Shown here: positions 1 through 11,978 of the stretch, one piece after another
Numbering within the stretch: position 1 is the first letter of the stretch
Layout: every line of letters begins with the position of its first letter
Origin: Azolla caroliniana
Taxonomy: Eukaryota; Plantae; Polypodiophyta
Direction of reading: 5' to 3'
Length of the DNA stretch: 64,000 nt
Assembly (NCBI GenBank): GCA_043228905.1
Contig: JBHGNT010000005.1
Span: forward strand, 17,484,001-17,548,000
Made by a program: the position numbers and the translations under genes
The notes under the pieces: model-generated
Databases searched by the model: none
Told to the model about the DNA's origin: nothing
Seen by the model: the letters and a program-made list of their open reading frames with translations, nothing else

Positions 1-199
1 CTCTCAAAGACCCATCATCACTTCCCTCGGAGTCAGACTCACGTCGATCCGACTCCTTCCTATCCGTGCCGTAATCCGACACCTTCTTCTTCCCTTTTTC
101 CTTGCGCGTAAGCCGTCTCCTTGGCTTCCTGCGCGGTGAATGCACAACTGAGTCTCCACTACTCGCCGACTCTTCTTCGGACTGGTCAAACCGACTCAG

Positions 200-1139
200 T
201 CATCCATTCGGTCCACTTAACCAAAACGAGATCGGACTCTCTTCAAGGGTCTTGATTTCGCGGTCATGCGGAGGCATTTCAGCTTCACTGACCTCATCGT
301 CAGAACTCGGGTCCGGAGATCCGGAGTTGGAGTTGAGGTCCAAAGTCGGAGGCAAGTACCAGGACGCGGACTCGTCAAACACAACATCGCGGCTCACGCG
401 AGCTTGTTTGGTTCGGGGGTTATAACACTTATAACCCTTCAGTTCGTCCGAATAGCAGACTAATATACACTTCTCAGCTTTCACGTCCAACTGCCTCCGT
501 TTCTCCTTCGGCACATGCACATACGCAATGCTACCGAAAACTCTCAGGTGTCGTAGGTTCAACTTTCTTCCGAAGCATCACTCATGCGCAGACACTTTGT
601 CTCTGATTTGATTCTGGATGTAGACCGTGATTCGTACCGCTTCGGCCCAATAGAACTTGGTCAAGCTCTTTTCTTCCAGTATTGCCCACGCCGCTTCCAC
701 AATCGACCGATTCTTCTTTTCGGTCACGCCGTTCTGTTCCGGCGTATATCTGCAACTGAATTCGAGCCGAATTCCTATCTATTGCAGATACCCGTTGAAT
801 TGACCGGAAAAGTACTCTTTTCCGCCATCCGACCATAGGCACTTGATCTTTCTTCATGTTTCCCTTTCAACGAAACTCTTGAGGTCCCGGAAACAGTCGA
901 CGACTTCACTCTTCTTCTCAATGAGGTAGATCCACGTGTGACGCGTATAGTCGTCGATGAAGGATACGAAATATCGACTCCCGCCAAGACTAACATTCTA
1001 TGCCGGCCCCCATACATTGGAATGTATCAAGTCGAGCTTGTTCCGGCTCCGGTTATGCTCGTTAGGGAAAGGAAGTCGGTGTTGCTTCCCTAGTTGGCAG
1101 GCTTCACAAATTTGTGCCTTCCGGCCACTAAATTTGTGT
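200..1139 (-). pseudogene. Copia integrase remnant of element A
   Basis: CEACQLGKQH, LDLIHSNVWGP and LRHLRVFGSIAYVHVP motifs, split by stops and frameshifts. Confidence 0.85.
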
Positions 1140-1140
1140 C

Positions 1141-1608
1141 TGGATCCGGTCCTCTCCGAATCGGCGTGCTTCTTCCAGCACTCGCTCTCCTTGTGGCCTT
1201 TCTTGCCATAGTACCAGCATTCCGCGACGGATTTCCCTTGTCGGTTCTCGTCGCCTCGACTCCCCTTGTTTCCGGAGGGTCCGGAATTGCTGTCGGCATC
1301 ACTTCGGTGCTTTCTTCCTTGATCCCGTCGGCTGTCTCCATTGCACATCTTCATCGAGTTCGCTTCACGTCTCGTCACGAAGGCTGACCCTTTTTCGGCT
1401 TTTTCGGATCCTTCGGCGTAATGCGATCGCTGCCGATTACCCTTGTCGGTTTTTCCGGATCCGGTCCTCTCCGAATTGGTGCACTTCTTCCAACACTCGC
1501 TCTCCTTGTGGCCTTTCTTGCCATAGTACCAACATTCCGCGGTGTATTTCCCTTGTCGGTTCTCGTCGCCTCGACTCCCCCTGTTTCCGAAGGGTCCGGA
1601 ATTGTTGT
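1141..1608 (-). pseudogene. gag C-terminus of element A with two zinc-knuckle copies
   Basis: ECWYYGKKGHKESECWKK occurs twice in ORF 998..1744 (second Cys is Tyr in both). Confidence 0.8.
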
Positions 1609-1925
1609 TGTTGAGCGGCAAGCTCAACCGAAGCCGGATCGGCTGAATAAGCCGGAGCCGGTAAGCGAGACGGATCGGTATGACGGTGAGCAACCGAACT
1701 GGCAAGCAGTGGAGGCCGGGTGCAATCCGTAACCGGCAGTCCAATCGGAAGCCTAGAATAGGATAGACTACTAGGTATCTATAGTCTCGTAGTAAGTGTC
1801 AGATGCTCGTGTGAGCATTGAAGTACATGGTACTTCTGTCAGTCCCAAGAGGACTTGTATAAATAGTGTTGCTTAGCACAGTGTGTATATGCAGAGTCTT
1901 GATATAATTTTGGAAATTATGTTCT

Positions 1926-1967
<42 letters not shown>

Positions 1968-2010
1968 TGTTGTCCTCTGTTTTACGCTTCCACAAACACT
2001 TACGTTTACA
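1609..2010 (+). repeat. 5' LTR of X
   Basis: Near-identical to 7133-7514 and 14474-14871; contains TATAAAT and a (CT)n tract. Confidence 0.95.
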
Positions 2011-2104
2011 TGGTATCAGAGCGCGAGGGTTGAGAACCTCTGCTGCAGACATTTACTCTTGAGAAGAAAACCCTAACAGGTCGAAAACAGACACAGTAGA
2101 AGAC

Positions 2105-5100
2105 ATGGATAGAGGCATGGCTACGTCACTCCCGGTGGAAAAGCTCGACAGGAGCAACTACGCATCCTGGTCTTACAAGATGCACCAGTACCTGCTTGGA
2201 CACGGGTATTGGAGTTATGTCGAAGGAGCGAATGATGCGGCGCTAGACTCGGCACACAAGGACTTCCCGGTATGGGAACAGGCGGCAAGCAGGGTGATGT
2301 ACTGCTTCGCATCCAGTGTCGGCGATCAACTGCTCAGCCACATCCGTGACGCCAAGACACCGAAGGATGCTTGGGGGAACCTGAAAAAGGTTTTCGCCGC
2401 AAGCACCACTGCCCGGAAGCTGCAACTCAGACAGGAGTTGAGCAATGTTCGACAGAAGAACATGTCCGTGGCAGACTACACGGGCCGGATAAAGGAGATT
2501 TGTGACTCACTTGCCTCTATCAATGTTACTGTAGAGGAAGACAAGATGGTGCAGGTATGTCTCAGAGGCCTGGCGTCCAAGTTCGGAGCGTTCCGGACTA
2601 CGGTGTGTACAAGGGAGAATACCCCCTCATTCTTCGACTTACAGTCGATGCTCCTTGTAGAGGAGAACCACGCCGGTGCATCTACCAGTGCATCCCCGGA
2701 TAGCCGAATGTTGTATACGGGAACGGATCGGCACTGTGGGCGTGGTGGAAGAGGTGGGTCGGCACGCAATGGAGGCGACCGACAAGAGCAGGAACGAAGG
2801 CACTATGAGTGTGCCGACAACATTTCTGAGACTTCCACAAGCAGGGGGAGTCAAGGCGGTGCCGGAGGCCAGCAAGACAAATCCGCTACGGAATGCTGGT
2901 ACTGTGGCAAAAAAGGCCATAGGGAAAGCGAGTGCTGGAGAAAGCGTGCTGATTCGGACAAATCTGGATCTGGCAAGACCGGTAAGGATGGCTGGCAAAA
3001 CTCGCACTACGCAAACGGATCAGGAGGATCCGGAACTGGAAAGGCCGGTAAGGGGCCAACCTTGGTGATGAATCACAAGGCAAACTCAATGAAGAAGACC
3101 ACTTCCAAAACGGAGGAAGTGTGGTATGTTGATTCCGGCGCGTCGAACCACATGACGAGCCACAAAGAGTGGTTCTCCTTTCTGGAGAAACCGGATCAAC
3201 CAGGAGTAGTCGAAACCGGAGATGACACTCCACACCCAATCGTGCACGTCGGAGAAGTCCCTCTAAGCCACGTCGGACAGAAAGGGAAGCTGATGAACGT
3301 ATTACACGTTCCGACGATCACGAAGAACCTGGTGTCCGTCGGTCAGATTGTCGACTAGGGGATGCAGGTGCGGTTTACCCACCTCGGGTGCTTCATTGAG
3401 GATGAGAGCGAAGTCATTGCGCAAGGGCGCAGAGACGAGAGGATGTTTATCCTCAACACCAATGACATTGGCACTGCTCTGTTCGCGAAACGACAGAAGG
3501 TCGAGTCGGACATCGACCTATGGCACAAGCGGATAGGCCACGTCAACTACCGGAGGCTTCAAGACCTGCAAACGAAACAAGTCGTTTTCGGTTTGCCAAA
3601 GTTCAGCGGCCGGAGAGCCGAAATTTGTGAAGCCTGCCAACTTGGGAAGCAACACCGGCTTCCATTCCCCACCGAACGGAACCGGAGCCGTAACAAGCTC
3701 GATATCATCCATTCGGATGTGTGGGGACCGGCACAAAGTATAAGCCTTGGCGGGAGCCGGTACTTCGTCTCCTTCATCGACGACTATACTCGACATACTT
3801 GGATCTACCTCATTGAGCGGAAGAGCGAAGTCTTCGACTGTTTCCGGAGCCTCCAGAAGATGGTGGAACGGGAATCGGAGAGGAAGATCAAATGCTTTCG
3901 GTCGGATGGCGGAAAGGAATATTTTTCCGGCCAATTCACTAGTTATCTGCAGCAGAAGGGAATTCGGCGAGAGTTCAGCTGCAGATACACACCGGAGCAA
4001 AACGGTGTGGCCGAAAGGAAGAATCGGACACTCGTCGAAGCGGCAAGGACAATGCTGGAGGAGAAGAGCATGCCCCGGTTCTACTGGGCGGAGGCGGTCC
4101 AGACGGCCGTCCACATACAAAACCGGATTGGTGACAAGGTGTCAGCTCATGAGCTGTATTTCGGGCGCAAGCCGAACTTAAGACACCTTCGGATATTCGG
4201 CAGCATAGCGTATGTGCATGTGCCGGATCAGAAGCGGAGAAAGCTGGATGCAAAATCGGAAAAATGCATCCTAGTCGGCTATGCTCAAGAGCAAAAGGGG
4301 TATAAGTGCTATAACCCCCGGACGAAGGAAGTCCGAGTTAGCCGGGATGTCGAGTTTGACGAATCGGCATCCTGGTACTCTGTACCAACTCCGACTTCCG
4401 ATCCCGACCCAATGCTGGAAGATCAGGCCAGTGAGCCTGAATCAGCCCTAGCTGAGGATGATGAAGCCGGAACTCAATATGAGAGTCCGGAATCGTTACG
4501 GTTGAGTGGACCGAACAAGCGACTGAGTCGGTTGGACCAGTCGGATGAAGAGACGGCAAGTGGTGGAGACTCTGTCGTGCTCTCCCCGCGCAAGGAACTG
4601 AGGAAACGGTTCACGTGCAAAGAGAAGGGGAAGAGGAAGATGCCGGAATTCGAAACCGGCAACGATGAGTCGGATCGGTGCGTATCCAACTCCGGAAAAG
4701 AAAAAGGCAGATCTTCGGCAACGAAGATCGAACTGGCCAAGAAGGGACTCAAATCAGGTGACGGTGCGTTACGCCGATCCACCCGCCAGAAGGATCCCGT
4801 TATGCGGTATGGGTACAATGAATACATGGCGCATCATTATGCGTACATGACTAAGGTGACAGAAGTGCGTGAGCCGGAGAGCTACGCAGAAGCGGCAAAG
4901 GACGCAAATTGGCGTGCCGCTATGGACGAAGAAATGCGGGCACTCGATGCCAACGAAACTTGGGACCTAGTTGATACTCCCCGTCACTGTAAACCGATCG
5001 GATGCAGGTGGGTGTACAAGGTCAAGTACAACGCTGATGGTTCTGTTAACTGGTACAAAGCCCGGCTAGTGGCGAAGGGATACGCGCAGACCCACGGAAT

Positions 5101-6979
5101 CGACTACGATGAGACCTTCGCTCCTGTGGCGAAGATGACGACGGTTCGTGTGGTACTGGCGGTTGCTGCGGCAAGGGGGTGGCATCTTCACCAGATGGAT
5201 GTGAAGAACGCCTTCCTTCAAGGAGAGCTTGTAGAAGAAGTCTTTATGACTCAGCCCCCCGGATTTCACTCGGAGATGAACAAGTCGGCGGTATGCCGAC
5301 TGAAGAAGTCGCTTTACGGCTTGAAGCAAGCCCCCCGAGCTTGGAACGCGAAGTTCACGCACCGGTTGCGTAAGCTGGGGTTTGCTGTCTCTAAGTCGGA
5401 CTCTTCGTTATTCATCCGGCAAGGCTCTGACGGTCCGGTATGTATACTCTTGTATGTGGATGATTTAGTCATCACCGGACCGGGTCTTCCCGAAATCAAC
5501 CGCGTCAAGTCCCAGTTGTCGGACGCATTCGAAATGAAGGACCTGGGGGACCTTCATTATTTTCTTGGGATCGAAGTGATCCGGACCCCCGACGGCATAT
5601 TGCTCTCACAACGACATTACGTGTTGAATATGTTGTATAAGTTCGGCATGATGGATTGCGGACCTGTCTCCACACCCCTGGACCGGAACCAGAAGCTCCA
5701 TCCCCACTCCGGACCGGCCTGCAATGAGAAACGGTTCCGACAGGTTGTCGGAAGCCTGATCTACTTAACCATCACCCGACCCGACATCAGCTATCCGGTC
5801 GGCATGGTAAGTCAGTTCATGCAGAAGCCGACCGTGGAGCACCTTCAGTGCGCGCAACGAATATTACGGTATGTCAGCGGCACTAAGGACCGGGGACTGT
5901 TATACTAGCGAGGTATACCCGAAGAGCTTGTCGGTTACACAGATGCTAACTGGGCTGGCGATGCGTCTGATCGCCGCTCCACTTCCGGATACATGTTCTC
6001 CATAGCTAGCGCGGCCGTTGCGTGGAGCAGCAAGAAGTAGCCCACAGTGGCTTTGTCAAGCACTGAGGCTGAGTACCGGGCCGCTACCGTTGCCACTTGT
6101 GAAGCCATCTGGCTTCGGCGACTGCTGCGAGACTTGCGGATCAAGGTACCGACCCCGATCCCGATTTATTGCGATAACATGAGCAACCTGCAGCTCGCCA
6201 GGAACCCTGTGTTCCATGCTCGCACAAAGCACATCGAGGTGCACTACCACTTCGTGCGTGAGCGGGTCCTGAGCGGTGAAGTTGACCTACGGTATGTTCA
6301 TATGGATCGGCAAGTTGCCAACATCTTCACCAAGCCGCTCAGATCGGACAAGTTGCAGCACTTTACCGACATGCTTGGTATTCAGCATCTCGATGTGCCG
6401 CACTTGAGGGGGAGAAGCAAGGGCAAAGTCCCTATCGAAACGGGCAAAGGCAAAAAAACTGTTGAACCCGTCGGTAAGAGGAGAGCCGGAAGAAGAGGAG
6501 ACAAGAAGATGAAGGAAGCCGAGTCGACGAAGGAAGTTGACACATCCGAACAGGTCGGAGCAAGAGGCTGTGAAGAAGAGTTGTGCACTCAGGAAGAGAA
6601 GTGCATGCTGTGCGGAGGTCATCACGACGGTACTGACCATGACGCGGAGTCGAATGAAGTCGGTTCACTGGCTGAAGAAGCTGAGGGAAGCATGGAGAAG
6701 GCCAAGACTCGGAAGTGGTTCGATGTGGTGAGAGGCCTGAAGCCGGAAGTCGAATCGGAGTGTACCGATTCGGACAAGAGCTGGAACGAGTCGGAGATAG
6801 CTGACTCGGATCAACAGATGGATCCGGATGAGTCGGATCAACTGAAGGCCAAGGGGACACGGACACAGCGGAAGTCGATGCCATCGTGGGAGAACCGACG
6901 GATCGGCAAGCGCCGGAGTCACAACAACGTGACTGCTGAGATGGGCCTATTGAGCAGACATGCCGACCGAGAGGGTTGA
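2105..6979 (+). pseudogene. Copia gag-pol (GAG-PR-INT-RT-RH plus C-terminal extension), single frame with 3 in-frame TAG stops
   Basis: CWYCGKKGHRESEC, WYVDSGASNH, HSDVWGP/RSDGGKEY, YVDDL, RTKHIEVHYHFVRE; stops at 3356, 5906 and 6038 in one frame. Confidence 0.93.
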
Positions 6980-7132
6980 GGCGCGCAGAACCGAAGGGAT
7001 CGCAGCAAATGGGACCGGACCGGACGAGGAGCGCGAGCAAGACGGAGTGACGCCAGGAGAAGTCGGTTCAAAGAACCGACTGCCACAGAGGTCGACACTA
7101 CGACCCCACCTCAGGTTGAGCTTGAGGGGGAG

Positions 7133-7514
7133 TGTTGAGCGGCAAGCTCAACCGGAGCCGGAGCCGGTAAGCGAGACGGATCGGGCGAAACGGATCAGTA
7201 TGACGGTGAGCAACCGAACCAGCAAGCAGTGGAGGCCGGGTGCAATCCGTAACCGGCAGTCCAATCGGAAGCCTAGAATAGGATAGACTACTAGGTATCT
7301 ATAGTCTCGTAGTAAGTGTCAGATGCTCGTGTGAGCATTGAAGTACATGGTACTTCTGTCAGTCCCAAGAGGACTTGTATAAATAGTGCTGCTTAACACA
7401 GTGTGTATATGCAGAGTCTTGATATAATTTTGGAAATTACGTTCTGCTCTCTCTCTCTCTCTCTCTCTCTCTGTTGTCCTCTGTTTTACGCTTCCGCAAA
7501 CACTTACGTTTACA
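7133..7514 (+). repeat. 3' LTR of X
   Basis: Follows the PPT; ends TTTACA followed by the TSD. Confidence 0.95.
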
Positions 7515-7519
7515 GTTGT

Positions 7520-8614
7520 CGACATGACTTTGATGCTTTCTTCCTTGATCCCGTCGGTTGCCTCCATTGCGCACCGACTCGCCTCGTCCTCCACGACCAC
7601 GGGGCCTATCTCCCTTCGTGTACAACATCTTGTTGTCGGCGTGCGTGCTCGTCGACGCACCCACGTGGTTCTCCTCTATAAGGAGCATCGACTGTAGGTC
7701 GAAAAATGACGGCATATTCTCCCGTGTACACACAACAATTCGGAACACTCTGAACTTCGACACTAGTCCCTCGAGACAGATCTGCACCATCTCGCCTTCC
7801 TTGATGTTCACATCGATAGAGGCTAAGGAGTCGCATATCTTTTTGATCTTCGAGGTGTAATCTGTTAGGAAACAGGTCCCTCCGGATGGGAAGTGAGAAG
7901 AACAGTGTTGATGAGCAACTCGGCCGAGGCCGAATCCGGATGTGGAGTACCCGGCAACGGAAGACCCGGTGAGAACCGGATGTGGAGTACTCGGCAAGAG
8001 CCGAATGGTGAAGATAGCAAGCTCGAGGTTGTTGCCTTGGTGCTTTACTATTGTACATTGTGATATAGTGATAGTTTGCAGTCTGTGGGCTGCCGTGATT
8101 TTTCCCTAGTTTGGGTTTTCCATGTAAACATCTTGTGTACTCTTCTCTTCACTGTGTCGTGCGTACATTACCCGTTTTCTGTGTTTGATCTTAGACTCGG
8201 TTGTGGCTGAGCGTTGTTTTCGGAGCGTGTAGTCCTTTCATAATCAATCACCGACAAGTCACGTTGTCGTAAGCTGCTCAGCTCCTGTCGGAGTTGAAGC
8301 TTCCTGGCTCTGGTGCTTGTGGCGAAAATCTTCTTCAGATTTCCCCAAGCATCTTTTGGCGTTTTCGCATCCCGAATGTAGCTTAGAAGCTGTTCGCCCA
8401 CACAAGACGCGAAGCAGTAGAGGACTTTGCTCGCCAACTGTTCCCACGCTGGGAAATCTCTGTGTGTCGAATTAGGTGTTGTGTCATTTGCTCCATCGAC
8501 ATAGTTCCAGTAATTGTGCCTGAGCAGGTACTGGTGCATCTTGTAAGACCAAGACGCGTAGTTGTTTCTATCGAGCTTCTCTGTTGGAAGTGAGCTAGCC
8601 ATGCCTCTATCCAT
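7520..8614 (-). pseudogene. gag N-terminal part of element A (split by solo LTR)
   Basis: ORFs 8168..8614 and 7437..7997 are homologous to gag of X. Confidence 0.85.
7863..8240. mobile_element. Solo LTR (family unrelated to A/X)
   Basis: TG...CA termini; TSD TAATC at 7858-7862 and 8241-8245; gag of A is continuous when it is removed. Confidence 0.88.
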
Positions 8615-8703
8615 TTTGTTTTTCCTGTTCTTTACGAAGCTTAGGTTTTCTTCTTGAGCTAAGGTCGGCTGCAGAGGTTCTCAACCCTCGCGCTCTGGTA
8701 CCA

Positions 8704-9138
8704 TGTAAAAAGAATAGCGTGCGCAAGCAATAGAAAACCGAACACAGAAACACAGGTTTAATGGAGAGCTTGAATATACATAGTACGCGTGAGAGACAGA
8801 CAAAGAGAGAGAGCACACAAACTCAATTAAAAAATAATACACAGTTTGTACATAGGATGTGCTCAGTGAGCACTTTTATACAAGTCCATACGGACTGACA
8901 GAAGTACTGACACGTACTTCAATGCTCATAAGTGAGCTCTACACTAACTCCTAAAATATATTTCTACGCGGAATATCTTTCCAACGACCTCGCGGTTTAC
9001 GCACCGCTACGGCTTCTCGTTGCGCACTGGTCTACGCACCCGGTTTACGCACCAGTCCGGCCTAACCGATCGATTCCAACCGATCTGGTTCTCAGCTTAC
9101 ACAATCGATCTGGCCAATGTTGAGCTTGTATCTCAACA
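8704..9138 (-). repeat. 5' LTR of A (same family as G LTRs)
   Basis: Reverse complement starts TGTTGAGATACAAGCTCAACATTGG, as at 33489 and 40617; adjacent to PBS. Confidence 0.88.
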
Positions 9139-9799
9139 AAGATTATGTCTTGAGATTTTGTTGAAGTTGGATGTTGAAGATGTCAAAGTAGTGTGCATCT
9201 AGTTAATTTTGCCTTTTGATACATTTGGGAGCTCTTGGATTTTCTTTGTAGAATGTGTATGCAGATGTGTGTACAAGTGTTAATGTTGAGCAGACAAGCT
9301 CAACTGGATCCAGATCAGCCGAATAAGCCAAAGCCGGATCAGTATCTGGAACGGAGAATCGAATAGGTATCCGGAACCAAGAGCCAGATCGGATTGTAAC
9401 TAGTAGGCCGTTAGAGGCCTACGAATCTAGCCTACTATGTAGGCATATTTTTTGGAGTAAGTGTCAGTCGCTCATATGAGCATTGAAGTACTTGTCAATA
9501 CTTCTGTCAGTCCTTTTAGGGACTTGCATAAAAAGTGTTCTGTAGGACATTTGTATGTATAGAGTGTTATTATTTTGAAATCGAATTTACTTTTATGCTC
9601 TCTTTGTCTCTCCCATGTAAGGTTTCCATTAAACATGTGTTTATATTCTTTTGCTATCCAGACGAGCCGGTTTTGTCTTAACTTCCGCATATGTATTCTT
9701 TTACATGGTATCAGAGCGCGAGGGTTGAGAACCTCTGCAGTCGACAAGCGTTTTCTGAAGAAAAACCCGAACACCCGGTAAAGAACAGACAGAAGAAAA

Positions 9800-11039
9800 A
9801 TATGGACTGAGGATTGGTTAGCTCGCTCTCGTCGTACAAGATGCACTAGTACTACCTGATCGGGCACATTTACTAGAGTTATGCCGACGGAGCTAACGAT
9901 ACGGCACTTGATGTAGCACACAAGGACTTCCCAATTTGGGAACAAGTAGCAAGCAGGGTAATGTAGTGCTTCGCGTCTAGTATTGGTGATCAGCTGCTCA
10001 GCCATATTTGGGACGCCAAAACGCCAAAGGAAGCTTGGGGAAACCTGAAAAAGGTCTTTGTTGCAAGCACCACTGCCTGGAAGCTGCAACTCCGATAAGA
10101 GTTGAGCAATGTCCGACAGAAGGACATGTTAGTGGCCGACTACACAACTCGGATCAAAGATATATGCAAATCACTTGCCTCCATCAACGTGACTGTTGAG
10201 GAAGATGAGATGGTGCAGGTCTGTCTCGGGGGCCTAGCGTCGAAGTTCGGAGCATTCCAGATGGTGGTCTGTACAAGGGAGAATATGCCCTTGTTTTTTG
10301 ACTTACAGTTGATGCTCCTAGTAGAGGAGAACCACGCTGGTGTGTCAACAAGCACGCACACCGACAACAAGATGTTGTACACGGAGGCGGATCGGCCCCA
10401 TGGTGATGGGGGATGAGGCGGATCGGCACGCGGTGGAAGCGGCCGACAAGAGCTAAATCAGAGACATGGACAATAGTTCTAGAGCCTCCACAGGCATGGG
10501 GAGTCAAGGTGGTGCCGGAAACCGACAATTGAAAGCCGACACGGAATGTTGGTATTGTGGCAAGAAGGGCCATTGAGAGAGCGAGTGCTGGAAGAAACAC
10601 GCCGTTCTGAACAAATCCGGATACGGCAACGCCGGACAAGGGAACAGGCAAAGCTCGCACTAAGCAGAAGGATCGGAAGGATCCAGAACCGGTAAGACCG
10701 GAAAAGGGCCAACCTTTGTGATGAATCACAAGGCAACCTCGATGAAGAAGAACACTTTCGGATTAGAGGAAGCGTGGTACGTTGACTCTGGAGCATTTAA
10801 CCACATGACGAACCACAAAGAGTGGTTCTCATTTCTGGAAAAACTGGAGCAACTAGGAGTTGTTGAAACCAGAGACGACACTCACCCGATTGTGAATGTT
10901 GGAGAAGTTCCCTTGAGTCATGTCTAACAAAAAGGGAAGCTTATGAATGTGCTTCAAAGTTCACGTTCCGACAATCACAAAGAACCTTGTGTCGGTTGGT
11001 CAGATCGTCAATTAGGGGATGCAGGTGCGGTTTAGGGAC
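9800..11039 (+). pseudogene. gag-protease remnant of B
   Basis: Homologous to gag of X; WYVDSGAFNH; many stops. Confidence 0.85.
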
Positions 11040-11978
11040 GAGGGTGTCGAAAACGAGTGTATAATGGCCGTATTCACATTGTCCCTTTGGACAACCCAAG
11101 TTTGGGCTATTTTTGTAAATAGCATAAAGGGCAGTTGCCCTAGGACAGTCACTATATAAAGTGACTTTGTAACCTTTAGAAAAGGTTGTTGTCATTGTTG
11201 TAACTATTCCTAAGAAATAAAACGTCTTCTTTGTGCCTATCTCTCTCTCTCTCTCTCTCTCTCTCTTTGTTTCTATCATGCTCATGTGCATACACAGGTT
11301 CGTCTTCATCATTTGGTATCAGACCGTTGGAGGTTCTTCAACCTGCTGCCGACTGTCAGAGTACATCACACAACATTCTGTTTTCGTTTTCTTTGAAGAA
11401 CAGAGAAGGGAGAAAAAAAACAAAAAGCTCGCATCTCACTATGTTAAATCACAAATTGGAGTAAGCCAGCCGGTTGTACTCTGTTCCTGTGATTGTAACC
11501 GCTTGAGGGGAGCTCCTTGTGCAAGAACCGACCCAATCGTGCTTCATTCGGTTAAACGACATCCAAATAGGTCACTAGACGCTATTCACCCGCTTGTTGT
11601 AACCACCCGCTGCAGATTGGTCTCCAGGCAACAACCAAATTCGTGCTTCACTCGGCTGACCGACATTCGGAAGGATCAGTTGGATCCGTCCCTCTCATCG
11701 CTGCAGTCATCTGAAGCTGAATTGGCCCAAACAATCGGTTTCTTGTAATCGGTATTCGGCATACAATCGGAAGCTAACTGGGCTCACTCCGACTCGGCAA
11801 CGTTCGGGAAGACCAGCCGGTTCTCTTCTTCAAGTTACCGGAGTCACTCTGAGCAAGTTCAACAACAAGTATCCGAAACCAAACTGACTAGAACGATATT
11901 GGGTGAGCCGACTGGTTGTACCCCACTAAGGTTGGTACTCAATTCCGAACTGAGCCTTACCAACCGAAACCGAAGCAG

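Larger units (their letters stand above)
1609..7514 (+). mobile_element. Full-length Ty1/Copia LTR retrotransposon X, inserted in A
   Basis: LTRs 1609-2010 and 7133-7514 (TG..CA); TSD GTTGT at 1604-1608 and 7515-7519; PBS TGGTATCAGAGC 2011-2022; PPT GAGGGGGAG 7124-7132. Confidence 0.97.
1..9138 (-). mobile_element. Ty1/Copia LTR retrotransposon A (3' end outside window; interrupted by element X and a solo LTR)
   Basis: 5' LTR 8704-9138 (minus TGTTGAG...TACA); PBS TGGTACCAGAGC 8692-8703 (tRNA-iMet type); gag MDRGMASSLPTEKLDR from 8614; zinc knuckles; integrase (YVHVPKEKRRQLD, GYKCYNP) toward base 1. Confidence 0.9.

Noticed and set aside
3356-3358. Programmed stop-codon readthrough between gag and pol
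   Set aside because: The stop lies after the protease active site, and copy G has CAG at this position; C>T mutation is simpler
6415-6979. env-like gene in the Copia 3' region
   Set aside because: It is in frame with pol, hydrophilic, and lacks a transmembrane segment
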